A program made the translations under genes and the position numbers. DNA of 64,000 nucleotides from Octopus sinensis (taxonomy: Eukaryota): NCBI RefSeq assembly GCF_006345805.1, contig NC_042997.1:104656001-104720000 (forward strand), read 5' to 3'. The notes under the pieces are model-generated. The model had not been told where the DNA came from. It did no database searches and saw nothing but the letters and a program-made list of their open reading frames with translations. Below are positions 41,001-54,119 of this stretch, piece after piece. Each line of letters begins with the position of its first letter. Position 1 is the stretch's first letter.

Positions 41001-42544
41001 CATATATATATACATAAGATGGGCGTATCTGCGTATCTCTGTGCGTGTACATGCGAGTGTGTGTGGATGTGCATTTGCGTGCGTGTACATTTTGATATAT
41101 GTGTGTGTGTTTATTTCCTGCGATTCGATGACGAGTCATCATGGTCGAACTGGTTAATATGTAGAATTAATATCAATAATGTTGAAGGTCGATAAAGATA
41201 GGTTAAGTGTAATAGATTCATGTCTGCTTTTAATTTTTTCCTCTAATTTTTCATATTTCAGTAATAAGTAACCTTCTACAGGTTATGTGTTATATATATC
41301 CACTATTTCTTAACAATACACATGTTTGTCTTCCTTTCCTTCTAATATATATATACGTGTGTGTGTGTGTGTGTGTATGTGTACATATATAGATATTTAT
41401 ATAAATACTCATATACATATGTATGTATGTGTGTGTATGTGTTTGTGCGTTTATATCAATGTGTATGCCTTTGCCTATATATAGTAGTATATACATACAT
41501 TTGTATTTATAAAACATATATCTATACATACATATACATATAAATATATATATATATATATATGTATTTATATAATTAAGTATACATTTATATATATATA
41601 TATCTTTATACATATATATACATATATACATTTATATATATATATATATAATTATATATATATATATACATATATAAACATATATATATATATATTATAT
41701 ATATATATATATATTATATATATATATATATACATACATATATATATATTCATATAATTATTTATTTCCACTTTGATATATATAAGCGGTGTGTGTATTT
41801 ATAGATGTTTGGCATGAAATATGAATTATAAGATCAGGAGGTCAACATGAAGTTTGGTTAAAGAATGAAATATGGTTGAGGCCAACTAAATATTCTATAG
41901 AACGTCTGTATTTTGACTAGCTGATAATTAGAAGTGCAAAATTCAAAATCAAGACATTGAACACAAACGTACATAGATACTTTCGAACAAACGAAGTATT
42001 TATTCGTGGTAGAACATATCTTAAAGACATTGAAGCGTACGCACAGACGTTCAGTAAGTAAAGAGACACACACAGATGCGCACGCGCACACTCACATTAT
42101 GCAAACCGTCCAACACATTGACTTTTGCTGCAGCCTATTGTCTAGGTGTACCACCGACGACGTTTTACTCGCTTGATGGCCTTACCAATGGCACGAGCAC
42201 AAGTTTTATCATGCCACAACCTTGATTTCATTCGCTCTTCACACACACACACACACATACATAAACATATATACGCACAGAATACGGACGTATGCACAAA
42301 AATACACACGTATACATATGTATGCATGTATACATGTACACATATGTATTTATACATACTTGTATATATAAAAGGATGGACAGATAAATAGATACGTACA
42401 TACATACATACATAAATACATATAAACATACACATACATACATACATAATGCAATGTGTCCTTGCGTGTGATGTTTGTAGCTATCCTTAGGATGGATGTG
42501 CATTTATTTCCTACATTGTATGTACGCTTGTGTACAATGTCTTA

Positions 42545-42609
<65 letters not shown>

Positions 42610-42681
42610 TTATTATTATTATATATTTATATATATAATAATATATACATACATACATATATATATATATGTGTGTTACCG

Positions 42682-42947
42682 AGTTAGAAAACAAAAAGCT
42701 CTAATGGATACAAATTAATTTATTAGCTGATCAACATACTCACCTACAATTGTTTCATTTCACAAACAAACTTAAAATTACAAAACATATATAAATATAT
42801 AATTTTGCAACTTATTTAAAATGCAAAATTGTATATTTGTATATGTTTTGTAATTATAATTTTGTATGTGAAATTAAACAGTTGTAGGTGAATATGTTGA
42901 TTGATTAATAAATTAATTTGTATCCGCTAGATCTCTGTTTTCTAACT
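42682..42947. mobile_element. Foldback/MITE-like imperfect palindrome, about 266 bp
   Basis: AGTTAGAAAACA..GGATACAAATTAATTTATTA..CACCTACAA..AATTTTGCA mirrored by TGCAAAATT..TTGTAGGTG..TAATAAATTAATTTGTATCC..TGTTTTCTAACT. Confidence 0.75.
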
Positions 42948-43080
42948 TCATAATAATGTTTGATATTTACGGTATTTTACATAATATATTCATTCAAGAA
43001 ATATTTCTTCAAAATATAATATATTAAACCAGTGTATCTTGGATAAATATCCCTATAAGAGGTTTAAATATCCTCATTGT

Positions 43081-43129
<49 letters not shown>

Positions 43130-44271
43130 CAGGGGTTGGACAAAATAATGGAATCACGTTAATATTTCAAACAAAGTTATTTTAATATGGTGCCATTACA
43201 GCTTGAATTATGGACTTGTACAAATTTTGAATTGTTTCCAAAGGAATTTTTGCCCATTCTTCAGCAAAAAGAGTCTCCAGTTCTTGTAGTGATGATGGTG
43301 GAGGATATCGATCCCTTAATAGTTTTTCTAAAATGCACAGTAAATGTTCAATAATATTGAGATCTGGGGACTTTGGGGGCTACATAAGATGTTCAAATTA
43401 ACTAGAATGTTTCTCGTGCCATTCAGTAACAATGTTACCCGTGTGAATTGGTGCATTATCATCCTGAAAGATTGCGTTCCTCTCCGAAAACAGTTCAGCA
43501 AACATATGAGGAATTTGATCAGATAAAATTCTTAAATAGTTTCTACTATTAATTCTGGCATGAAGGGAAATCATTGGGCCGGTGGATTTCCAAGATAGAG
43601 TCCCCCGATCATCACAGATCCTCCTCCATGTTTAACAGTTGGAAGAAGGCAATCAAGGTCAAATGCTACTTTTGGATGTCTGCACACGTATACTCGGCCG
43701 GTGGTTGGAAATAAGGTAAAGGATGACTCGTCCGAGAAAATAACATTCTTCCACTGCTCTAGGGTCCAATTCTGTAGTTTTTTTTACTCCACTCTAAACG
43801 CTTTGCAACGTTTGTTTTGAAAGCAGTACTTTTCTGATTGCAACCCACCCGTGAAAGCCAGCTTTTTGCAGCTCCCGGCGAACAGTTTTTGCAGAAATTG
43901 GGTTCTCGTGGTGGTCATTAAGCTCTGCAATAATTTTGGGCGCTGTACTTTTGCGATCATGTCTCATAATTCGCGTAAAAGTCTAACGGTCCTTGTAAGA
44001 AACTTCCGGATTTTTATTTCGACGAGGAGGTTTTCCCATCTATCTCAAAGGTTGTCATTACTTTCGAGACAGTACTTCTTGATACACCAAACGTTTCGGC
44101 TGTTTTCGTTACGCTAGCACCTGCCATACAAGCACCAACAAGATCTGTCATTCTAATGAATTTGAAATATATTTTTTCTGATGAAACCTGAAAAGAATCA
44201 GCAATTTTATTATCATAAAAAAATTATGATGCTATGATGTAAAGTATTTCCATTATTTTGTCCAACCCCTT
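43130..44271 (-). mobile_element. Tc1-like DNA transposon, TIR to TIR, with DD36E transposase pseudogene
   Basis: TIRs CAGGGGTTGGACAAAATAATGG / CCATTATTTTGTCCAACCCCT with TA flanks. Minus strand reads WKNVIFSDESSF..PTVKHGGGSVM..FQDDNAPIHT..SPDLNIIEHL with in-frame stops. Confidence 0.9.
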
Positions 44272-45068
44272 TATATATATACTCATAAACATATATATAT
44301 ACGCATATATATTAATTTACATAGTCATCCTACATACATGCATACATACAAACGTACATAAATACATAAATAAATGCATACACACACATGCATACATGCA
44401 TATACACATGCACACATATACATGCATACATACACACATACACACAGATACATATACACGCATATATGCATGCATACATACAAACATGCAAAATACACGT
44501 ATACAGATACATACACATACATACATTCATACATAAGTGCATACATGCATACATACATAATACATACATACATACATACATACATACATACATACATACA
44601 TACATACAAATCACCCAGAAAATGACTCACGACACATAAGACTATTTTGCAGAAAGAACTGAAAATCATGTCTCGATTGCATTAGTAAAAGAAAATATTC
44701 AACATATCTGCATAAGTAAAGATGTGCTTCACTAAATATCTATGTGTATGCACGTGTTTCAATATCTCAAACTTACCATGCCTTTCAGTCTAAGCAATAA
44801 AACTGCTTATAACAGCAATGAAAGGGCCAAAGAGAATTCCAGTAGTATTAGTAATTGAAGCAATGACAAATGATCAGTCGTTTAGCGATATCATTGCTCC
44901 TATACAGAAACAATAGAAAGAACCAACGAAACGTTACTGAAAAAAATTATTTAAATGGTGGGTTCAAATTTTTGCACACTGCCAGAAGTGTTTACGTAGG
45001 CGGGCTAAATCGATGACATCGACCCCAGTTCTCACATGATACTTATTTTCTCGACTTCAAAAAGATCA

Positions 45069-45122
<54 letters not shown>

Positions 45123-45145
45123 TAATAATAATAATAATAATAATA

Positions 45146-45580
45146 AAAGTTCTTTTGCAATTCCTCCTGACAGTAACTTCCACATTAAGGGGAGGCAGGA
45201 ATTTTGTCTGTAACTGTCAGCAGGATTTCCCTTTGATGCATCATTCAGGCACAACACCATTCGTCCTTTTGTCAACCAATCCGGAATTTCTTCTGCATCA
45301 ATCAATGCATTAAATTGCTCTGCGATCAATTTATGGCAACTACTGAACTTTTTATTTTTAATCTAAAATCCCAGTATACCATCAGGCCCTGCTGCTTTCC
45401 AATGGCTTATCTTTTTCTAATACTGTTTTCTGTGAAGTGGATAGCCTCTTGCTGGGGATAAGAAGCTGTTTACTTCAGGCCGCTGAGCCATTCAGCTGTA
45501 GTATTATGTTGTTTTAGCTTACACCGTATCATACCATAGATAAGTCGACTTTCATCAGCATCAGGAACTAATCTTTCACG
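45146..45580 (-). mobile_element. Inverted 5' segment of an R4/Dong-like LINE (N-terminal RT region)
   Basis: Minus strand ERLVPDADES..WKAAGPDG..IPDWLTKGRMVL..KGNPADSYR..CLPLMWKLLSG; abuts (TAA)n at 45069-45145. Confidence 0.8.
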
Positions 45581-45581
45581 T

Positions 45582-47060
45582 TTTACTGCTGATATTAGAA
45601 TGGAATTTGGACTCAAGAAGTGCAGAATAATCTACCTAAAAAGGAGCAAGGTAAGACCCTAGCAATGATAGAATTACCGAATAGAGACTTAATTAATCAA
45701 ATTGAAACGGAAGAATACAAATACTGTGGTGTACTAGAGTTCAACGAGATAATGGAAAAGGAAATGAAAGAGCAAGTGAGGATGGAGTATTTCTGAAGAC
45801 TGAGGTTGGTGTTGCGCTTAAAATTGTCTGGATGGAATAAAACCCAAGCAGTTAATACGTCGGCGATAGCATCACTTCGGTATGGAGCAGTAATTATAAA
45901 ATGGCAAAAGTGAGAAGTGATAAAATTGGATACCAAGACCAGAAAAATGTTGACAGTACACGGAGACTTCCACGTCACAAATGACACCGATAGGCTGTAC
46001 TTGGCCAGAAAAAAGGCTGGGAGAAATTTGATCAGTTACCAAAACTGCATCGAAGCAGAGGAAAACAACTTAGGGTGGTATATAAAAAATGCCGTAGAGC
46101 CATTGTTTGAAACACACCGAGAAAGCCGGCGTCAACAAAACTGAAAATTGTATAACGAAAGAAAAATTTAAATAAGATATGGACCGAAAAAAAAAAGAAA
46201 ATAGAAAAAGCATGGAAGGAAAAATATGTACGATCAGTTTGTAAGAGTTGTGAACGCGAAGTCAGATACAGGGATGAGGGGGGGGCTATGGATGAGGAGG
46301 AGTGACCTGAAGATAGAGACAGAGGCACTCATATGCGCAGCTCACGAACAAGCGTTAAGGATCAACTATATGAAGTGCAAAATAGACTACTGATAGCGAC
46401 AAATGCAGAATGCGGAGTCCAAGGGTGTAACGGTATGGTACAGCGTTAGCGAATGCCCGAAATTGGCACAAAGTGAATACAAAAGACGCCATGACAATAT
46501 GACAAGAATGAGCCATGGAGAGCTGTGTGGAAATCAAGGCCTAAAGTGAGTTATGACGTTTTATGAGAAAACTCCAGACGGAGACGCCGAAAATGAGAAT
46601 TGCAAAATCCTGTGGGAAGTAATGATCCAGTGTGATCAACTGACCAGACAAAGGAAACCGGACATCGTTGTGGTGAATAAAAACGAAAGTACATGTATGG
46701 TAACCAACATAGCATATCCCAGTGACAGCAGGATCAATGTGAAAGAAGACAATAAAATAAACCACTATGACGATTTAAAGTGGGAAATACGAAGTTTGTG
46801 GTCAATGAAGAGCGTAGACGTGATACTAATAGCAATTGGTGTACTTGGAAGTGTCAGCAATCAACTACCGAAATGGCTGAAAAAGAGTGGTGCAAGTGTG
46901 AAGGTGGAATACCTACAAATACTAGTATTGCTTGGAACTGAGAGAATTCTTTACAGGGTTCTTGAAGCATGACCAGTAAACAAGTGTCACCCTAGTCTAC
47001 TGGCTGTGGGCAGCTGGCACTTTCCATAATAGACAGCAAAATAAGCTGTGAGTTTTCACA
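45582..47060 (+). mobile_element. R4/Dong-like RLE LINE, 3' portion (pseudogenised RT C-terminus and RLE)
   Basis: FTADIRMEFGLKKC..YKYCGVLE..LDTKTRKMLT..DRLYLARKKAGR..ETEALICAAHEQAL..ENENCKILW..RKPDIVVV..IAYPSD..KINHYDDLKWEI..LLGTERIL; many stops and frameshifts; 3' end runs into (CTA)n/(TAA)n. Confidence 0.9.
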
Positions 47061-47070
47061 TACTACTACA

Positions 47071-47129
<59 letters not shown>

Positions 47130-47148
47130 CACTACTACTACTACTACA

Positions 47149-47187
<39 letters not shown>

Positions 47188-47198
47188 TAATAATAATA

Positions 47199-47249
<51 letters not shown>

Positions 47250-47366
47250 TGGTTGTGATGCATGTGTCTGGTGTACCCTTATCAGACGGTTAGTCATGAT
47301 GGGTATACTGGGCTTTGTATATTTTACCCCAGTGTCACTTTGATGGCATGAACTGCTCTCTCACTC

Positions 47367-47368
<2 letters not shown>
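47250..47368 (+). mobile_element. Short 5'-truncated LINE-like 3' end embedded in (TAA)n
   Basis: Unique 120-bp segment with (TAA)n on both sides, ending CTCTCTCACTC-AATAATAA; no coding motif, so the class is inferred. Confidence 0.4.
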
Positions 47369-47402
<34 letters not shown>

Positions 47403-47419
47403 TATTATTATTATTATTA

Positions 47420-47611
47420 TAAGTTTAGGGGGAGGGGATGAGTTGATTACATCAATCTCAGTGTTCAACTCGTACTTAGTTTATCCACCTCGAAAGGATA
47501 AAAGGCAAAATCGACCTCAGCTCAATTTGAACTCAGAACGTTGCGGCAGACGAAATACCGCTAATCATTTCTCCCCGCGTGCTAACGATTCTGCCAGGTC
47601 ACCTAATTTGT

Positions 47612-47671
<60 letters not shown>

Positions 47672-47861
47672 CTTTTCTACTCGAGGCACAACGCTCAAAA
47701 TTTTGGGGGAGGGGGCCTGTCGATTTGATCGACACCAGTGTACAGCTGGTACATAATTTATCAACCCCGAAAGGTTGAAGGGCAAAGTCGACCTCGGCGG
47801 AATTTGGACTCAGAACGTAAAGCATTTCGCCCGGCTAACATTTCTGTCAGCTCGCCGCCTT
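47420..47861 (-). mobile_element. Two family A SINEs (47420-47602, 47670-47861) separated by (TAA)n
   Basis: Reverse-complement family A core in both. Confidence 0.8.
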
Positions 47862-47883
47862 AATAATAATGATAATAATAATA

Positions 47884-47937
<54 letters not shown>

Positions 47938-47945
47938 CAAAATCA

Positions 47946-47979
<34 letters not shown>

Positions 47980-48585
47980 CGATGATGATGACGATGATGA
48001 TGACGATGATGATGATGATGGAAGTTTTTGCACAAGGTCCACAATTTCAGGGAGGGTATGAATGGCAAAGTCAACCTCAGCGAAATTTGACGTACGAAAT
48101 CATTGAAAAAATGTAACACGCCATGTGGAAATGGGAAATATCAGAATAATTCGTGCAGTGATTTAATAAAATACAAAAAAAAAAAAAACCCAAAAAAACA
48201 TCCAAGTAGTTAATAAGTTCGATTTGCAATCATGAAGTCGCGAGTTCGTATAGAATGCTGGTCGTGTATTTTGCCATAGGCTCCAATCGACTCAAACTTC
48301 GGAAATGAAATTAATTAGACAAAACCTGTCAGTAATCCGATTAGATATACTTGTGCCTATAACTGCAAGTGTTGACCGTGTCACACTGTGACATTAATGG
48401 TATGTAAGTGTCGAAGTGATCATAAAACAACGTGAGATGAAGTGTATTGCTCAAGAACACAACGCACTACCTGATTTAGGAATTGAAATCACGATCGCTA
48501 TATATATATATATATTTATATATTTGGTTCTAATATATATTTCTAATATATATTAGAACTATATATAGTTCTTATATATATATAT

Positions 48586-48764
48586 ATGTTCTAATATCTA
48601 CACAACCTTGGTTTTTTTTATCTCATTACGCAAAAAATTATTATATTTATATAAGGATCTTTTGCGTTATGAGATAAAAACCAAGGCTGTGTAGATATTA
48701 GAACATTTATAGATAGAAGGTCTTACAGCTGTTTCCAGGATATTTATTAATTATATCCCTTCAT
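48586..48764 (-). mobile_element. Inverted pair of pLTR-like fragments, same family as about 18650-18770
   Basis: 48586-48635 is the reverse complement of 48660-48706; the minus copy extends to ATGA-A-GGGATAT..ATATCCT-G-GAAACAGCTGTAAGAC (hammerhead lacking its first core bases). Confidence 0.7.
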
Positions 48765-48772
48765 ATATATAT

Positions 48773-49165
48773 AGGCGCAGGAGTGGCTGTGTGGAAAGTA
48801 GCTTGCTTACCAACCACATGGTTCCGGGTTCAGTCCCACTGCGGGACATCTTGGTCAAGTGTCTTCTACTATAGCCTCGGGCCGACCAATGCCTTGTGAG
48901 TGGATTTGGTACACGGAAACTGAAAGAAAATTGTCGTATATATATATATGTGTGTGTGTATGTGTTTGTGTGTCCCTCTAGCATTGCTTGACAACCGATG
49001 CTGTTGTGTTTACGTTCCCGTCACTTAGCGGTTCGGCAAAAGAGGCCGATAGAATAAGTACTGGGCTTACAAAGAATAAGTCCCGGGGTCGATTTGTTCG
49101 ACTAAAGGCGGCGCTCCACCATGGCCGCAGTTAAATGATTGAAACAAGTAAAAGAGTAAAAGAGT
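48773..49165 (+). mobile_element. Full-length family C SINE (octopus OK/OR-like) with internal (TA)/(TG) tract
   Basis: tRNA-like head GGCGCAGGAGTGGCTGTGTGG..GGGTTCAGTCCC, internal microsatellite at about 48937-48972, 3' tail GAAACAAGTAAAAGAGTAAAAGAG. Family name recalled, not verified. Confidence 0.85.
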
Positions 49166-49175
49166 GTATATATAT

Positions 49176-49212
<37 letters not shown>

Positions 49213-49942
49213 TCAGATAGATAAACAGACAGATAGATAGTTAGGTAGGTAGATAGATAGACAGGCAGGCAGATAGATAGATAGCTAGATAGATAGACAG
49301 ACAGATAGTCAGACAGACAGCAGACAGATAGATAGATAGATAGATAGATAGATAGTAGATAGATAGATAGATAGACAGATAGAGTTGGTGGTATAGTGGG
49401 CGACGCTACATAGGCAGTCACATAGACTTCCTTCTAGAGTACTAAGTCTCTTTCTTGATCATAAATACATTGTTGGTCTCAAGAAAAGATTAAAACTGAA
49501 ATGCTGATTGCTCTGTAAGTTGCTAGCTATCATAAGTTATCAGCCACTCGCATTTTTATTACCATATATCATTACAGACACAGATTTAATAAGAATCAGA
49601 GTTCAAGTTTATGAGACCTAACTTCTTTTTGAGAGTTTTATTTTTACATTTCTCTTTCTATTATCCTTTTTCTGTTATATGTTTCGGTTATTAAAATGCA
49701 GCCATGCTGAGGTACCGCCTCCAAGAACATTGGGTTAGATGAATCGATCCCAGTACTCATTTCATTAAGCCTTGTTATTATTCTATCGGTTTCTATATAG
49801 TTACTAGGACGTAAACGAACCAACACTGGTTATCAATAGGTAGTGGGCAACAAACACAGACACAAGGACGCACATATAGATACATGCATACATACGTATA
49901 TGCATATATACATGAATATATACACATATATATATATATATA

Positions 49943-50077
<135 letters not shown>

Positions 50078-50092
50078 ATGTGTGTATATTGT

Positions 50093-50342
50093 GTGGAGGC
50101 GCGTGGCTTAGTGGTTAGGGTGTCAGCATCATGATCGTAAGATTGTGGTTTCGATTTCTGGACCGGGCGACACGTTGCGTTCTTGAGCAAAACACTTCAT
50201 TTCCAGTTGCTCCAGTTCACTCAGCTGGCAAAAATGAGTAACGCTGCGATGAACTGGCTTCCCGTCCAGCTAGGAAACACGTACGCCATTGAAACAGGGA
50301 AACCGGGCCCATGAGTCTGGCTAGGCTTTAAATGGGCGCATT

Positions 50343-50344
<2 letters not shown>
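50093..50344 (+). mobile_element. Family B SINE, full length
   Basis: Close match to 13338-13587. Confidence 0.9.
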
Positions 50345-50382
<38 letters not shown>

Positions 50383-50387
<5 letters not shown>

Positions 50388-50706
50388 AATCAAGGACGGC
50401 CATAATAGGCCATTCACCCACTAGAAATAACACCAAAGCTTCAACCGCAAAATAACATTAAAACCGCAAATCAGGAGAAAATTAAAAAAAACATTTACCC
50501 TGTAATTTCTTATACGATGCACCGTTTCATCTACTGTTTAATATTATTAAACAGTAGATGAAACGGTGCATCGTATAAGAAATTACAGGGTAAATGTTTT
50601 TTTAATTTTCTCCTGATTTGCGGTTTTAATGTTATTTTGCGGTTGAAGCTTTGGCTGTTATTTCTAGTGGGTGAATGGCCTATTATGGCCGTTCCTTGAT
50701 TGTGAT
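50383..50706. repeat. 324-bp near-perfect palindrome (arms about 161 bp, 1-nt centre at 50544)
   Basis: ATCACAATCAAGG..CTACTGTTTAATA-T-TATTAAACAGTAG..CCTTGATTGTGAT; arms differ only by a few single-base indels. Confidence 0.95.
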
Positions 50707-50800
50707 GTTGAACTTATAAATGGTCTATGACTATTTAATTTTTTCCCACTAGGCCGCTGGTGGCAAAAAATTCTACAAAATTTTTGCCACCCTATATTGA

Positions 50801-50884
<84 letters not shown>

Positions 50885-50887
<3 letters not shown>

Positions 50888-51408
50888 TATTTATGTAAAG
50901 GTCACAGTATATGTATTAAAGCACTACTAATAGTTTGGTGTGTTGAGAAAACTCGAACATATTCTTCAGGCGCAAACCAGAAACTAAATTGTTAATAATA
51001 AAAAGTAAAAAAGGCAAAAGACCTATCTTCATTATACCTTTATTGATAAGGCTGGAAAGATATCAAGATATCAAGTCAGTCAGGAATAGGCGGAATTTTC
51101 CAATTCTTCAAACTATATTTATACATAAGGTCTCATGAGGATAGCTCTTTTACAATTTTAGTTTCTAATTTCTTACATTTTAGTTTCTGTTTTTCGTTTC
51201 CTGTTTTCCATTTTTCGTTTTCCGTTGTTTACTGTCTGCATTTTCTATATGCTGCTTTGTCAGTTCTTTCGCGTTTCTTCAATTATTCATTTTCTTTAGT
51301 TCGTTACGATATGTGGTTTGCACTTGAAGAATATTTTTGACTTTTTATCAACGTATGAAACTATTAGTAGCGATTTAATACCTGTATTGTGACCTTTAAA
51401 TAAATATT
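50885..51408. mobile_element. Inverted pair of about 100-bp pLTR-like repeats, each with a hammerhead-like motif
   Basis: 50921-50973(-): GCGC-CTGAAGA-A..stem..-CAAAC-TATTA-GTA-GTGC; 51320-51373(+): GCAC-TTGAAGA-A..-GAAAC-TATTA-GTA-GCGA; both continue ..TTTAATAC..TGTGACCTTTA. Confidence 0.65.
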
Positions 51409-51485
51409 TATCTCACACTAGATGGAGTACTTTTTTTGTTGAATTTTCTATCTCGGAACAGTACATTATAAATATGTGTGTGTGT

Positions 51486-51532
<47 letters not shown>

Positions 51533-52144
51533 GCACGCTTCTTTCGTTTTCCGTCAACGAAGTCCACTCACAAGGCTTTGAACGGCACGTTACCATAGTA
51601 GAAGACATTTTACACGAGGTCATAATAGAAGACAGTTCCATTTGGTTGGGAAGAAAAGTTCTTACCACACAGACACGCCTGTCATAACATTATTTAAAAA
51701 AATAAAGTACAACATACAACATCCATTGGCAGCTTTTACGCTTGCATTGTTGCTTTACTTAGTAGAAGAATAATCTAATTCTCTCCAAATCATCTGCAAC
51801 TATCTTGAAAAAAATCAGATACATTTTGAATCGTATATGATCGAGAGCCTTGCTGCAGTCCTATGACTTCACCGCATCCCTGGCAGGGTGCTTGAATGGG
51901 TGTTATGCCTTGCTAAAGGTTGTCCATAACTATGCAGGACAAAATACACACAGACCTCTCAAAATGCCCGCATACCTGCATACTCGTCTGATGAAGAGTC
52001 ACTATGACTGAAGCTCCCTATTTAAATTCATAATAATTGAATTGGATGGAGACAGAGAATCACGAAAACCTGCGAAAGCAGCAAAATAATAATAGTAATA
52101 ATAATAACAATAATAACAACAACAACAACAACAACAACAGCAAC

Positions 52145-52182
<38 letters not shown>

Positions 52183-52329
52183 TGGTAAAACAAAACATAT
52201 TCATTTATGTCGAAATATTTGTTCTATAATCAAGTATTCAATGTTAGAATTAAAAGTGAATCTAACTCCGAACATTTTTCTATTATTTAATTATCACTCC
52301 ACGACTGGATTCTTATGTAAAATAATAAG

Positions 52330-52581
52330 TAAATGCGCCCTTTTAAAGCCTAGCCAGGCTCATGGGCCCGGTTTCCCGGTTTCTATTGTGTATGTGTTCC
52401 CCAGCTTGACGGGACGTCAGTCCATCGCAGCGTTACTCATTTTTGCCAGCTGAGTGGACTGAAGCAACGTGAAATGAAGTATTTTGTTCAAGAACACAAC
52501 GCGTCGCCCGGTCCAGGAATCGAAACCACGATATTACGATCATAATGCTGACACCCTAACCACTAAGCCACACGCCTCCAC
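52330..52581 (-). mobile_element. Family B SINE, full length
   Basis: Reverse complement of the family B copies. Confidence 0.9.
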
Positions 52582-52882
52582 CTTCATATGTAAAAGGTAA
52601 GACGAAATAAAATTTCAAAAAGTATTTAAGTGAAAAAAAAATGTAATTTAATTACAATTTGAAGTTTAGTCAAATTTAATCACGAAACAAAAATACCAAA
52701 AATACAGAACAATTTCCAAACGTTCTAAAAAGAGAGGCCTTCAATTGTATCCAGAATGAAAACACGAAAAAAAAATTTGAGATTTAAAATTAACATTGAA
52801 TTTGAAATCAAAGAAAAAAATGTATCGTTATCCGGTCTATATTAGCTTGGGGCTTTTCGTTCCCATAGTAAGGAATGATAGC

Positions 52883-52923
<41 letters not shown>

Positions 52924-52924
52924 T

Positions 52925-52996
52925 ATGTTTCTTTATTACCACACAGGGCTGCACACAGATAGAACAAATTACAAGGTAGAGCTTTTCTTTTGAAGG

Positions 52997-53030
<34 letters not shown>

Positions 53031-54033
53031 AGGGGGAGGTTCGATCAAAAGGGATCGTAAAAGGAGAGAAAGAGGACAAAAATAAGGGGGGTTAAAAAAA
53101 AAAAAAAAGGGGGGGGGAGGGAAAAAAAATGATCAATAGGGATCGTTATCACAGAAATGTCAATATGAAGTGTAAAGGGGAGGACAGGTGAGGTTTACCC
53201 GTGGAAAGAAAAGCCTGCGGAAAAGACCACGGTAACCTCGGTCAATGAAGTCACATTTTATATTTCTTTTTTTTTTTTTTTTTTTTTTTTGCAAATAAGC
53301 ACTCTCTGTTTTCGATTTCTGGGTTCATAGGACTATGCTCAAGGTGGCTTCGTCATTCATACGTGCCATTCTTGCTACATTCACCCATCTTTTTTTAAAA
53401 CATTCGCTAGACAAAACTTGCCTCTCTACTCTCACTTTCCTTTTCAAGTGGTACTTGAAGAAGTTGATGAGAGATTGACCAGAGAGGAAAGTGTTTGTCT
53501 CCAATCCTTTCAGACGCGTCCACCAGATACATTCTTTCGCCATAGCCACAAGGATGATGAAAATAGCTCTTCCTTCCCGTTTGAAGGAAGGAGGCGTGAC
53601 AATATTGACGATAGACTCAGCTGATAAACCGACTCGTCCCACACGTGACAGCAGTTGTTCGACATAAGCCCACAGGTCGGAATTGTTGGACACTGAACGA
53701 GTGCGTGCAGAACGGTTTCGTCGCTCTGACCGCATCTCGGCAGGTCGGCCCCGTGTTTCTCGAGCCGTGTCTGTAGAGCTTATCCCGACGGGTAGCGCTT
53801 CTCGGTAGCACTGCCAGGCCAGGGATCTCTGGAAGTTGTCCATGGGCCCTGGCCCGAAAGTCGTCCCGAACAGGCGGGTCAGGTACTCCTCGTCGACGTC
53901 CAGGTTCGCCCCGAGCTCGTCGTCGACCTCCCCTCCACTAAACCCCTATAGAATGCTTTGGTTGTGTTGAAGTCACTTAAGGTCGACCCAGGACGGCAGA
54001 GTTGCTTGAGAGCAACGCGACACTCGCGGTGCC
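52925..54033 (-). mobile_element. 5'-truncated Tx1/L1-clade LINE (ORF2 C-terminus plus 3' UTR)
   Basis: Minus strand RSLAWQCYREALPV, then across a frameshift C.RCGQSDETVLHALVQC (CCHC knuckle) and ILVAMAKECIWWTR; stop at 53325; 3' end AATAAAGAAACATATC; 5' end abuts (GATA)n. Confidence 0.85.
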
Positions 54034-54068
<35 letters not shown>

Positions 54069-54086
54069 AGATAGATAGATAGATGG

Positions 54087-54119
<33 letters not shown>

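Noticed and set aside
51988-52014. CTGATGA-AG-AGTCA-CTA-TGACT-GAAG partial hammerhead
   Set aside because: GAAG instead of GAAA and no stem I or III found; not counted.
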